64,000 nt of DNA from the NCBI GenBank assembly GCA_963711955.1, contig CAVQGC010000001.1:41203-105202 (forward strand). The letters are read 5' to 3'. Below, in pieces: positions 30,451 through 39,774 of this stretch (within the stretch, counting starts at the first letter, position 1; each line of letters begins with the position of its first letter). The position numbers and the translations under genes were made by a program. This DNA is from an uncultured Alphaproteobacteria bacterium (lineage in GTDB: Bacteria; Pseudomonadota; Alphaproteobacteria; Rhizobiales; Xanthobacteraceae). The notes beneath the pieces are model-generated. The model was not told where the DNA came from. It searched no databases and worked only from the letters and a program-made list of their open reading frames with translations.

Positions 30451-31434
30451 ATGATGCATCGTATCGTTCGAATTGCGTTCGCGTTGGCCGCCTTGTTGGC
30501 GGCACAGACCCTGGCCTCCGCGCAGACCTATCCAACCCGCCCCATCGTCATGGTGGTGCCGTTCGCCGCCGGCGGCGCGTTCGACGTGATGGGCCGTATC
30601 CTTGCGGTGCGCATGAGCGAACTGCTGGGCCAGCAGGTGGTGGTCGAGAACACCACCGGCGCCGGCGGCATCGTCGGCACGATGCGCGTGATGAACGCCG
30701 CGCCCGACGGCTACACGTTCCTGTTCGGTAGCGTCGGCACCCACGCCTACAATCCGACCATGTACAAGAACATCCGCTACAACGCCGCGACCGATTTCGC
30801 GCCGGTCACGCTGTTCGCCGACCAGCCGATGACGCTGTCCGCGCGCAAGGACTTTCCGGCCAACATCATGCCGGAATTCGCAGCGCACCTGAAAGCCAAC
30901 GCCGCGAAGCTGCAATACGGCTCGGCCGGCGCCGGGTCGACCACTCATCTCGCGTGCTCGCTGGTGAACTCGACCATCGGGGTCAACGTGACGCACGTGC
31001 CGTATCGCGGCTCGGCGCCGGCCTCAAACGACCTGATCGGCGGGCAGATCGACTACATGTGCAACAACATCGGCAGCGCCACGCCGCTGATCAAGGGCGG
31101 CAAGGTGAAGGCGATCGCCAACCTGTCCGGCACGCGCTCGCCGCTGATGCCGGAGCTTGCGACCGCGCGGGAGCAGGGCCTCAAGGACTTCGAGATTTCC
31201 ACCTGGAACGCGATCTTCCTGCCGAAGGGCACGCCGGCCGCAATCGTCAAGCGGCTGGGCGACGTCACCAACGAGGCGATGGACACGCCGGCCACCAAAG
31301 CCAGGATGCAGGACATCGGCGTCGATGGCATCGCGCCGGGCCGACGGTCGCCGGAGTATCTGGCCAGGTTCGTGGCCGATGAGATCGCGCGATGGGCCGG
31401 CCCCATCAAGGATGCCGGGCTGCAGGTGGATTAA
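30451..31434 (+). CDS. Bug/TctC tripartite tricarboxylate transporter receptor
   Basis: YPTRPI.MVVPFAAGG, GQQVVVEN..GAGG, HVPYRG. Confidence 0.92.
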   Translation: MMHRIVRIAFALAALLAAQTLASAQTYPTRPIVMVVPFAAGGAFDVMGRILAVRMSELLGQQVVVENTTGAGGIVGTMRVMNAAPDGYTFLFGSVGTHAYNPTMYKNIRYNAATDFAPVTLFADQPMTLSARKDFPANIMPEFAAHLKANAAKLQYGSAGAGSTTHLACSLVNSTIGVNVTHVPYRGSAPASNDLIGGQIDYMCNNIGSATPLIKGGKVKAIANLSGTRSPLMPELATAREQGLKDFEISTWNAIFLPKGTPAAIVKRLGDVTNEAMDTPATKARMQDIGVDGIAPGRRSPEYLARFVADEIARWAGPIKDAGLQVD

Positions 31435-31446
31435 GCCCGCACGTCG

Positions 31447-32286
31447 ATGCGCTGCGACACCCACGTTCACATCGTCGGCTCCGCCGACCGCTACCCGCAG
31501 GTGGCGGAGCGGACCTACCTCGCCGGGCCGGCACCGCTCGATGAATTGAAGCGCCGCGGCGCGCGCCACGGCATCACGCGGTTCGTGATCGTGCAGCCGA
31601 GCTTCTACGGCTTCGACAATTCGGCGACGCTCGACGCGCTCGATGAATTGGCCGGAAATGGCCGCGGCGTTGCGGTGATAGATCCCAGCACCACGCCGGA
31701 CGCAACGCTCGCCGACATGCACCGGCGCGGCATTCGCGGACTGCGCATCAATCTGTACAGCCCGCTCGCAGCGCGCAGGCGGATGGACGACAGCTTCGCC
31801 ACAACGGCCGCCGTGGCGAAGAAGATGAAATGGCATATCCAGGTGATCGCGCCGTTGCCGGTGCTGCTGAAGAGCGAAAGCTTGCTGGCAAGTTCCCCAG
31901 TTCCGATCGTGATCGACCACTACGGCGTTTACGGCAAGGCGCGGCCGGCAAGCGACGAGGGAACCCGCCTGCTGCAATTGCTGCGGCACCCGCACATCTG
32001 GATGAAATTGTCGGCGCCGTACCGCCTCGACGACGGCCCGATGAGGACCAAGCCGGACAGCGAATGGGTGGCGGAACTCTACGCCGCCGCGCCGCCGCGC
32101 TGCCTGTGGGGCAGCGACTGGCCACATCCTCCGCCCGCGGATGCGCACCAGGGCGCGGCGAACGGCGCGCCCTATCGCGATCTGTCCTACGATGCGCTGG
32201 TGAACGACTTCATCGCGGCGCTGCCGTCGCCGAGGCTCGCGGATCAGATCATGCGCGACAACCCGGCGCGACTCTACGGATTCTAA
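31447..32286 (+). CDS. Amidohydrolase-2 family (LigI-like lactone hydrolase)
   Basis: CDTHVH, VQPSFYG.DN, IDHYG, KLSAPYR, WGSDWPH. Confidence 0.88.
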   Translation: MRCDTHVHIVGSADRYPQVAERTYLAGPAPLDELKRRGARHGITRFVIVQPSFYGFDNSATLDALDELAGNGRGVAVIDPSTTPDATLADMHRRGIRGLRINLYSPLAARRRMDDSFATTAAVAKKMKWHIQVIAPLPVLLKSESLLASSPVPIVIDHYGVYGKARPASDEGTRLLQLLRHPHIWMKLSAPYRLDDGPMRTKPDSEWVAELYAAAPPRCLWGSDWPHPPPADAHQGAANGAPYRDLSYDALVNDFIAALPSPRLADQIMRDNPARLYGF

Positions 32287-32335
32287 GCCCTGGACAGCGC
32301 ACGCTCTCTCACTAAGAGTCCGCGCAGGAGGAAGC

Positions 32336-33307
32336 ATGTTCCTGTCATTCCGCGCCGCCGCTGCCGTCGTCCTCACGCTGGCGCTGACCGCTTTCGCAAG
32401 CGCGCAATCCTATCCGACCCAGACGGTGCGGGTCGTGGTGGCTTACGCGCCGGGCGGAACGGGAGACATCGTCGCGCGGCTGATCGCAGTGCCGCTCGCC
32501 GCCGCGCTCGGCCAGAACGTCGTGGTCGAGAACCGCGCCGGCGCGACCGGAGCGATCGGCACGCAATCGGTGGTCCAGGCGACGCCGGACGGCCACACTC
32601 TGCTGCTCGGCCAGACCGGCGAGATCTCGATCAATCAGCATTGGATCAAGGGTCTCACCTACGATGCGGAAAAGGACCTGCAGCCGGTCGCGCTTGCCTC
32701 CGTGGTGCCGCTCGCGCTGGTCGTGTCGAGCAAAGCGCCGTATTCGACCATGGACGAGATGGCCAAGGTGCTGGCCGACAAGCGGCCCGTCACCTTTGCC
32801 TCCGCCGGAACCGGCACGCCCGGTCACTTCGCCGGCGAGTTCCTCAAGCTTCGCACCAAGGCCAACCTGACGCACGTGCCATACAAGGGCGCGGGGCCCG
32901 CGCTGAACGATCTGCTCGGCGGCCACGTCGACATGTATTTTGCCGGCTTCCCGGCCGTCGCGCCGCACGTCAAAGCCGGCACCATGAAAATGCTCGCGGT
33001 GTCGTCTGCGACGCGCTCGTCGGCCGCGCCGCAAATCCCGACGGTGGCCGAGGCGATCGGCGACAAGAGCTTCGATCTCACGCTCTGGCAGGGCTTCTTC
33101 GCGCCGAAGGTGACGCCGAAGCCGGTCGTCGACCGGCTGCACACCGCGATCAGCCGCATTCTTGCTTCGCCGGACATGCAGATGCGGCTGCGCGACGCCG
33201 GCGCCGATGTGCGTATGATGTCGGTGGCGCAGTTCGCCGACTTCACCCGCGCCGAGAGCGAGAAGTACCTTCAGATCATCAAGGAGTCCGGCGTGAGGCC
33301 GGAGTGA
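32336..33307 (+). CDS. Bug/TctC tripartite tricarboxylate transporter receptor
   Basis: YPTQ.V.VVV.YAPGG..D, VVENRAGA.G, HVPYKGAGP. Confidence 0.92.
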   Translation: MFLSFRAAAAVVLTLALTAFASAQSYPTQTVRVVVAYAPGGTGDIVARLIAVPLAAALGQNVVVENRAGATGAIGTQSVVQATPDGHTLLLGQTGEISINQHWIKGLTYDAEKDLQPVALASVVPLALVVSSKAPYSTMDEMAKVLADKRPVTFASAGTGTPGHFAGEFLKLRTKANLTHVPYKGAGPALNDLLGGHVDMYFAGFPAVAPHVKAGTMKMLAVSSATRSSAAPQIPTVAEAIGDKSFDLTLWQGFFAPKVTPKPVVDRLHTAISRILASPDMQMRLRDAGADVRMMSVAQFADFTRAESEKYLQIIKESGVRPE

Positions 33308-33392
33308 TTGGGAAGCTGGCCCGTATTGCCATGCTGCCTAGCCGCCGAGGTGCGCGCCGGCTTTAATGCGCGGCCTCAATGGAAGGAATGCC

Positions 33393-34526
33393 ATGCGCCG
33401 CAGCACCGATATGATCCTGACCACCCACACCGGCAGCCTGCCGCGGCCCGCGAAGGTCGTGGAGTTGCTGCTGGCCGAGAAGGACAAGCCGGGCGCGAGC
33501 CGCGCGGCGCTCGACGCTGCGGTCGATGACGCGGTCGCAGGGGTAGTGAAGAAGCAGATCGAGGCCGGCATCGACATCATCAACGATGGCGAGCAGGGCC
33601 GCACCGACTACACCGTCCATGTGCTTGATCGCCTGACCGGATTCGAAGGAAAATCGACGCCGCCGCTCGGCACCGGCGAGCCGGAGTTCCCCGAACTGGC
33701 CGCTATTCTGAGCCAGTTCGCCACTCCCTTTCAGCATCGTCCGGCCTGTTCGGGCGTCGTCGGCTGGAAGGACTGGCCAGCGGCGCAGGCCGACATTGCG
33801 CGCGCCAAGGCGGCGATGCAGAGGTCCGGTGCGGCGGAATATTTCATGACGTCGCCGTCGCCAGGCCAGATCGCGCGCTACCTGAAGAACCACTATTACA
33901 AGACCGACGAGGAGTACCTGTTCGCGCTGGCCGGCGTGATGGCCAAGGAATACCGCGCCATCGTCGAGGCCGGCTTCATCCTGCAGCTCGACTGCCCCGA
34001 TCTGGCAATGTCCTACGCGCTCTATCCCGGCATCAGCATCCCGGACTACCGCAGGATCATCGAGAAGAACGTCGAGGCACTCAACGAATCGGTGAAGGGC
34101 CTGCCGCCGGACCGCATGCGCATGCATGTGTGCTGGGGTTCGACGCTCGGCCCCCATCACGGCGACATCGAGATCAAGGAGATCGCCGACATCCTGCTGA
34201 AAGGCCGGCCGCAGGCGGTGTCGTTTCCCGGCGCCAATCCGCGGCACGGTCATGAGTGGAAGGTGTGGCAGGACGTCAAGCTGCCCGACGGCAAGATCAT
34301 CGTTCCGGGCGTGATCGATTCCACCTCGAACTTCGTCGAGCACCCCGAACTGGTGGCGGATCGCATCACCCAATACGCGCGGGTTGCCGGCAAGGAGAAC
34401 ATCATCGCCGGCGTTGACTGCGGCTTCGGCACGTTCGCCGGACGGGTCCAGGTCGATACCAAAATCGTCTGGATGAAGCTCGCGTCGCTCGCCGAAGGCG
34501 CGAAGATGGCGTCAGAGCGGCTGTAG
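33393..34526 (+). CDS. Cobalamin-independent methionine synthase II family (single-barrel MetE-like / epoxyalkane:CoM transferase-like)
   Basis: TTHTGSLPRP, DGE, LQLDCP, MHVCWG, PGVID, DCGFG. Confidence 0.88.
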   Translation: MRRSTDMILTTHTGSLPRPAKVVELLLAEKDKPGASRAALDAAVDDAVAGVVKKQIEAGIDIINDGEQGRTDYTVHVLDRLTGFEGKSTPPLGTGEPEFPELAAILSQFATPFQHRPACSGVVGWKDWPAAQADIARAKAAMQRSGAAEYFMTSPSPGQIARYLKNHYYKTDEEYLFALAGVMAKEYRAIVEAGFILQLDCPDLAMSYALYPGISIPDYRRIIEKNVEALNESVKGLPPDRMRMHVCWGSTLGPHHGDIEIKEIADILLKGRPQAVSFPGANPRHGHEWKVWQDVKLPDGKIIVPGVIDSTSNFVEHPELVADRITQYARVAGKENIIAGVDCGFGTFAGRVQVDTKIVWMKLASLAEGAKMASERL

Positions 34527-34600
34527 GGGTGTCGCACCGCTTCAGCCTGATGTAGCGTTTCCTTGAAGCTGCCGGCCCCCCAGCAAAGAGTACCGCGCCC

Positions 34601-36283
34601 ATGCCCAAAATGTATGAAGCCCTCGCCGAAGCGTTCCTTGCGGAGGGCGTCGACACGCAGTTCGTCCTGATGGGCGACGGCAACATGCACTGGTCCACCG
34701 CCTTCGCCAAACTGCCGGGTGTAGAGACCGTCCACGTCAGGCACGAGCACGCCACCGTCGCGGCGGCGACCGCCTACAACGTCGCCACCAACAAGGTCGC
34801 CGTCGCCTCTGTCACGTGCGGGCCTGGCGTGACCCAGTTGATGACGGCGCTGCCGGCCGCGGTTCGCGCCCGCCTGCCGATGGTGGTGTTCGCCGGCGAG
34901 TCGCCGATCAACGCCAAGTTCTACAACCAGGCGATCGACCAGGCGCCGTTGGTGACGGCGTGCGGGGCGCATTACATCGCCGCGCACAGCGTGCCGCGCA
35001 TGATGGATGCCGTGCGCGAGGCCTTCCATTTCGCCAAGGACGAGCGGCTGCCGGTGGTGCTGGGCATTCCCTACGACCTACAGAAGGTCGAGCATATGTC
35101 CAACACGCCCTACGAGACCTCGGCGATGTACAAGCCCAAGGTCGGGCGCATGCACCCCGATCCCGAGCTGGTGGCCGAGGCTGTCGAACGGCTCGCCTCG
35201 GCAAAGCGCCCGATCATCCTCGGCGGCCGCGGCGTGATGTGGTCCGGCGCGCGGGATGCGGTGATCAAGCTCGCCGATCGCTGCGGCGCCTTGCTCTCCA
35301 ACACGCTGCCCGCGCGCGGTCTCTTCCACGACCATCCGTTCGGGCTCGGCATCACCGGCAGCTACTTCACGGCGCTGGGCCGGGAGATGTACGAGTCCGC
35401 GGACGTCGTGCTCGCGGTCGGCACCAGCCTGTCCTACTACGTCGGTGGTGGGCACTTCTGGCCAAAGGCCTACAAGATCCAGTTGGACGATGCCCCGCGC
35501 GGCTTGCGCGATGGAATGAAGGCCGCCGACCTCTACGTCAAATCAGATGCACTCGTCGGCACCGAAGCAATCCTTGCCGGCCTCGACAAGAAGCTGGGCG
35601 CCGGCAAACCGACGGCGGCGGCGATCCGCACCAAAGAGCTGGCGCATCGCATCGCGACCGAGCCGGCGGACTCGATGGAGTTTGACACCGGGCCCGGCGT
35701 GCTGGATCCGCGAAAGGTGATCGAAGCCCTCGATGCCGTCATCCCGAAGGACTGGGACATCGTCGTGGGCGGCGGCCATCAAGCCTATTTCAACGCGCAG
35801 ATGCGTGGCCGGCCGGCGGAGCGCTACACGACGGTCCGTGAATTCGGCGCGGTCGGCAACGGCCTGTGCTATGCGCTCGGCGTTGCGGCGGCGCGCCGGC
35901 AGGGCCGTCAGGGCAAGGTCGTGCTGTTCGAAGGTGACGGCGGGCTCTTGTTTCATATCCAGGAGCTCGAGACGCTCAAGCGTCAAGGCTATCGCATCCT
36001 GATCTGCGCGATGAACGACGGCGGATACGGCTCGGAGTTTCACAAGCTGCGCGCCGATGGCCTCGACGATAGGTGGGCTATATTCGGCCGGCCCGCGTTC
36101 GAAAACATCGCGCGCGGTTTCGGCCTGCGCGGCAACGAGATCCGCGATGTGTCGATCATACCCAAGCTGTTCGCCGACTTCACCGCGCAGGGCGAAAGCG
36201 AAATCTGGAACATCCAGATCTCCGACCAGATCGTCGCGCCGGTGATGCGCCAGACCGTCAAGCGCGGTCACGGCGTTATGTGA
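34601..36283 (+). CDS. Thiamine-diphosphate-dependent enzyme (acetolactate-synthase-like fold)
   Basis: VRHE, TCGPG, GDGG...ND TPP motif. Confidence 0.88.
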   Translation: MPKMYEALAEAFLAEGVDTQFVLMGDGNMHWSTAFAKLPGVETVHVRHEHATVAAATAYNVATNKVAVASVTCGPGVTQLMTALPAAVRARLPMVVFAGESPINAKFYNQAIDQAPLVTACGAHYIAAHSVPRMMDAVREAFHFAKDERLPVVLGIPYDLQKVEHMSNTPYETSAMYKPKVGRMHPDPELVAEAVERLASAKRPIILGGRGVMWSGARDAVIKLADRCGALLSNTLPARGLFHDHPFGLGITGSYFTALGREMYESADVVLAVGTSLSYYVGGGHFWPKAYKIQLDDAPRGLRDGMKAADLYVKSDALVGTEAILAGLDKKLGAGKPTAAAIRTKELAHRIATEPADSMEFDTGPGVLDPRKVIEALDAVIPKDWDIVVGGGHQAYFNAQMRGRPAERYTTVREFGAVGNGLCYALGVAAARRQGRQGKVVLFEGDGGLLFHIQELETLKRQGYRILICAMNDGGYGSEFHKLRADGLDDRWAIFGRPAFENIARGFGLRGNEIRDVSIIPKLFADFTAQGESEIWNIQISDQIVAPVMRQTVKRGHGVM

Positions 36284-36291
36284 CCGTCAGT

Positions 36292-36492
36292 TCAGCGCCC
36301 TTCCTTCTTGGCCTTTTGCCGCTCCGCTTTGCGCATATCCTGGCGGCTGGCATAAACCGGCGGCTTGGTGTCGGGCTTGCGCACGCCGATGCCGTATTTA
36401 CTGCGCAACGTGCGCGACAGCCAGATGCCGCCCGCGATGCCGAGCACCGCGCAGATGATGCCGAACGTTCCTTGCTCAGTGAGGAAATTCAT
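36292..36492 (-). CDS. Small single-pass membrane protein with a basic tail
   Basis: 66 aa, one TM helix followed by a K/R-rich C-terminus; GC3-rich codons. Confidence 0.55.
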   Translation of the reverse strand: MNFLTEQGTFGIICAVLGIAGGIWLSRTLRSKYGIGVRKPDTKPPVYASRQDMRKAERQKAKKEGR

Positions 36493-36852
36493 CGCCTACA
36501 CTTGCCGTGGCCGCGGCGCACCTGCCGGTTCATGGCCGGGTTGACCACCTTGTTGCCGTAGGACGCTAGCATTTGGGTGACATGGCCCGATAGGGCGGTG
36601 GAACGGGTCGCGTCCGCGCGGCTAACGCGGCGGCACATGCCTGCAACCGGCCGATAGTCTGCGTTGCAAAAGCAGTGGGCGAATTCCCAGGATTGGCCGG
36701 CAAATGCGACAGCACGGCGTGCGAATCGGCGGGCACCACTGCTGCGCCGACGCGCTGCGCGGTTCCAGCGGCAAGGACGAGTGCCACGACGGCGAAGCTG
36801 CAGGCCCGGTGTGTGACGCCGCGGGTCGTTCGACCGCCCTTCGCGAACCGCG

Positions 36853-37884
36853 CTAATTGCCCATCGCATGAATGAAGGCGACCAGCGCCGCCTTCTCGTG
36901 CTGGCTCAGCCCCAGCGGACGGATCAACGGCGAAATGTTGGGGTTGGGCCGGCCGCCTGCATTATAAAACTCCACGACCTCATCGAGCGTTCCGAAGCTG
37001 CCGTCGTGCATATAAGGCGGCGTCCTCGCGCTGTTGCGCAGCGACGGCGTGCGGAAGGAGGCCCACTCAGCTGGGTGATGGGATTGTTCGAAGCGTCCCT
37101 TGTCCGAATAGCCGGCGCGATAGCCAACGCCGACGTTGTGGAACTGGAAGTCGGTGAATAGCGCGCGTGCGCTCGGCCTGCCGCTGTGCTGCAGCGGGAA
37201 CACATGATGGCAGTTGGCGCATCCGGCCCTGCGGGTGAATACAGCATAGCCATCGCGTTCGAGCGGCGACAGCGCGCCGTATTCGTTGTTGGCGAGGAAC
37301 CGGTCCACCCGGCTCGGCGGCGTTACCAGCGTCCGCTCCCAAGCCGCGATCGCCTGCGCGATGCCGCCCGGTGTCGCAAAGCTGCCGAGCGCTGCGCGGA
37401 ACAGCGACACGTAATGCGGATCGGCGTTGGCACGATGCGCCGCTTGTTCGATGGGAATTCCCATTTCGCCGCTCTGAAATGGACCAAACACCTGCTGCTC
37501 CAGCGACTGGAAGCGGCCGTCCCACATCAGCCGCGGCAGGAATCCAACGTCGAGCAGCGTCGGCGCATTGCGACGGCCGAGCTTGCCGTTGTCGGAGATG
37601 CTGACCCAGCGCGGCTCGGCGAAGCCGTAGCCCGGGCTGTGGCAGCTCGCGCAAGACTTCGAACCGGTACCGGAGAGGCGCGTGTCATAAAAAAGCTTCT
37701 CGCCGAGCGCGATCAACGGGTTGACCGCCGCGACGCCAGTAACATGCGCGACCGGCACGGCGGGTGGCCCACCGTAGCCGCGGTGCTGATAGGGAAGATT
37801 GCTGCCGGCAAAGCTGCGATCGCCAGCCATGCCCGACACAACAAGCGCGGCAAAGAGTGCCAGCGCCACGCCCGCACGGAGCAT
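36853..37884 (-). CDS. Di-heme cytochrome c peroxidase / MauG-family protein
   Basis: Signal peptide, CASCH and CANCH, RNAPTL, MWDGR, TPSLRN...PYMHDG. Confidence 0.9.
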   Translation of the reverse strand: MLRAGVALALFAALVVSGMAGDRSFAGSNLPYQHRGYGGPPAVPVAHVTGVAAVNPLIALGEKLFYDTRLSGTGSKSCASCHSPGYGFAEPRWVSISDNGKLGRRNAPTLLDVGFLPRLMWDGRFQSLEQQVFGPFQSGEMGIPIEQAAHRANADPHYVSLFRAALGSFATPGGIAQAIAAWERTLVTPPSRVDRFLANNEYGALSPLERDGYAVFTRRAGCANCHHVFPLQHSGRPSARALFTDFQFHNVGVGYRAGYSDKGRFEQSHHPAEWASFRTPSLRNSARTPPYMHDGSFGTLDEVVEFYNAGGRPNPNISPLIRPLGLSQHEKAALVAFIHAMGN

Positions 37885-38052
37885 AGGTCACTCCAACCTA
37901 CACGCCGCATCTGCCGGGCAATCTACCAAGCCGGGTTCCGTTAACCAAGTATCCTTCTGAAAATATGAGGAAAGGACCGCGGGACCCGTTTCAAAACGAA
38001 ACACCAATAGAGGCGGAAAGGCTGGATTTTCAGTTCGAAGGTCCGACGAGCG

Positions 38053-38880
38053 TCAGGTTTTCGCCAGCCTCACCATGCCCCAGCGCTGCACGGTGGCCTT
38101 CTCGATCGAGCCGAAGATCAGCCGTTCGAACACGAAGCCGATGAAGCCGATCACGATCAGCGAGGCCATCATCAGGTCGGCGTTGAGGAATTCCTTGGCG
38201 TCGAAGATCACCCAGCCGAGGCCGAAGTCGGAGGCGGCGAGGAACTCGGCGCCGATCACCGCGATCCAGGCGCGCAGGAACGCTTGGCGCATCCCGGTGA
38301 TGATGAACGGCGAGGCGCCCGGCACGATCACCTTCCAGAACAGCGCGTTCTCATCGGCGCCCATGGCGCCTGCCGCGCGCAGCCACAGCGGATTGACCGC
38401 GCGCACGCCGGCCCAGACGTTGAGCAGCATCGGGAACAGCGACGCGTAGAACACGATCAGAATGGCGACCGTGTTGCCCAGCCCGAACCACAGGATGAAC
38501 ACCGGCACCCAGGCCAGCGACGGGATCGGCATCAGCGCGCTGGCGAGCGGCAGAAAGAAATGCTCCACCGGCTTGAAGCGGCCCATCAGGATGCCGAGCG
38601 GGATCGCGACCACGATCGCGATCGCCATGCCGGACAGCACGCGATACATGGTGGCGGCGGCGTGCACGATCAGCGTGCCGTCGATCAGGTTGGCCCACAA
38701 GGTGCCGCCGATCTTGCCGAGCGTCGGCATCAGCACCGCCGGGAAATAGCCGGAGCGCGCGACCGCCTCGTAGAGCAGGGCGAATACGACGATGGTGATG
38801 GCGGCGCGGATCGCCGAGCGCCAGCGCACCGAGAACGCGGGCGGGGCGGGCAAAGTGTCCTGTGTGACGATCGCGCTCAC
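38053..38880 (-). CDS. ABC transporter permease (TauC/SsuC-like)
   Basis: PIPSLAWVP, EAA-like AAGAMGA, VIGAEF. Confidence 0.9.
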   Translation of the reverse strand: MSAIVTQDTLPAPPAFSVRWRSAIRAAITIVVFALLYEAVARSGYFPAVLMPTLGKIGGTLWANLIDGTLIVHAAATMYRVLSGMAIAIVVAIPLGILMGRFKPVEHFFLPLASALMPIPSLAWVPVFILWFGLGNTVAILIVFYASLFPMLLNVWAGVRAVNPLWLRAAGAMGADENALFWKVIVPGASPFIITGMRQAFLRAWIAVIGAEFLAASDFGLGWVIFDAKEFLNADLMMASLIVIGFIGFVFERLIFGSIEKATVQRWGMVRLAKT

Positions 38881-39686
38881 GTCATCATTCCCCAGCGCTG
38901 CACGGTGAAACGCTCCAGCCGCTGGAACACCAGCTTCTCCAGCGCGAGTCCAAGCGCACCGATCACGACGACGCCTGCCAGCATCACGTCGGTGTTGAGG
39001 AACTCGCGCGCGCCGAAGATCATCCAGCCGAGACCCCACGGCACGGCGGCGAGCATTTCGACGCCGACCAGCGTGCGCCAGGCCTGCGCCAGGCCGAGCC
39101 GCAGCCCGGTCAGGATGTAAGGCAGCGCGCCGGGCACGATCACCTTGACGAACAGGCGGCGGTCGTCGGCGCCCATCGCCTGCGCCGAGCGCACCCAGAT
39201 TTCCTTCACCGCCTTCACGCCGGTCCAGGTGTTGAAGATGATCGGGAATGCCGAGACAAACGCGACCAGCAGCATGGCTGGCTTGCCGCCCAATCCGAAC
39301 CACAAAAGGAACAGCGGCGCCCAGGCAATGCCGGGGATCGGCGCCATGATGCTGACCAGCGGCAGGCAGATGTCCTCCATGCGGCGCGAGCGCCCCATCA
39401 GGATGCCGATTGCGACCCCGACCACGGCGGCGAGTGCGAAGCCGCCGAGCAGCCGCAGCACGGTATCGAGCGCGTGATGCGGCAGGATGCCGTTGGCGGT
39501 CAGCCGCCAGAACGCGGCGCCGACGTCGACCAGCGATGGAAAGAGCTTCGGCGGAAACACGCCGAGCCGCGCCGTGATCTCCCACGCCACCGCAAGAACC
39601 AGGAACGGAAACGCCGTCCGCGCGGCCACGCGCCAGCGCGATTCCCGCGCGGGCCGTGAAACGCCGATCAGAACTCTCGGCGGCAT
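38877..39686 (-). CDS. ABC transporter permease (TauC/SsuC-like)
   Basis: PIPGIAWAP, SAQAMGA, LVGVEM; overlaps the start of the next permease. Confidence 0.9.
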   Translation of the reverse strand: MPPRVLIGVSRPARESRWRVAARTAFPFLVLAVAWEITARLGVFPPKLFPSLVDVGAAFWRLTANGILPHHALDTVLRLLGGFALAAVVGVAIGILMGRSRRMEDICLPLVSIMAPIPGIAWAPLFLLWFGLGGKPAMLLVAFVSAFPIIFNTWTGVKAVKEIWVRSAQAMGADDRRLFVKVIVPGALPYILTGLRLGLAQAWRTLVGVEMLAAVPWGLGWMIFGAREFLNTDVMLAGVVVIGALGLALEKLVFQRLERFTVQRWGMMT

Positions 39687-39774
39687 TGGCAGGCAGGTCC
39701 GTCATGGGCGCATTGTCCTGTGCCTGGAACGTTTCGACAAGCACCGCTGTTCGATTGTTGCTAAGAGAGCTGTT

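Noticed and set aside
36489-36869. Small ORFs downstream of the MauG-like gene as its substrate
   Set aside because: No convincing start, RBS or Trp-containing motif; no specific CDS can be supported.
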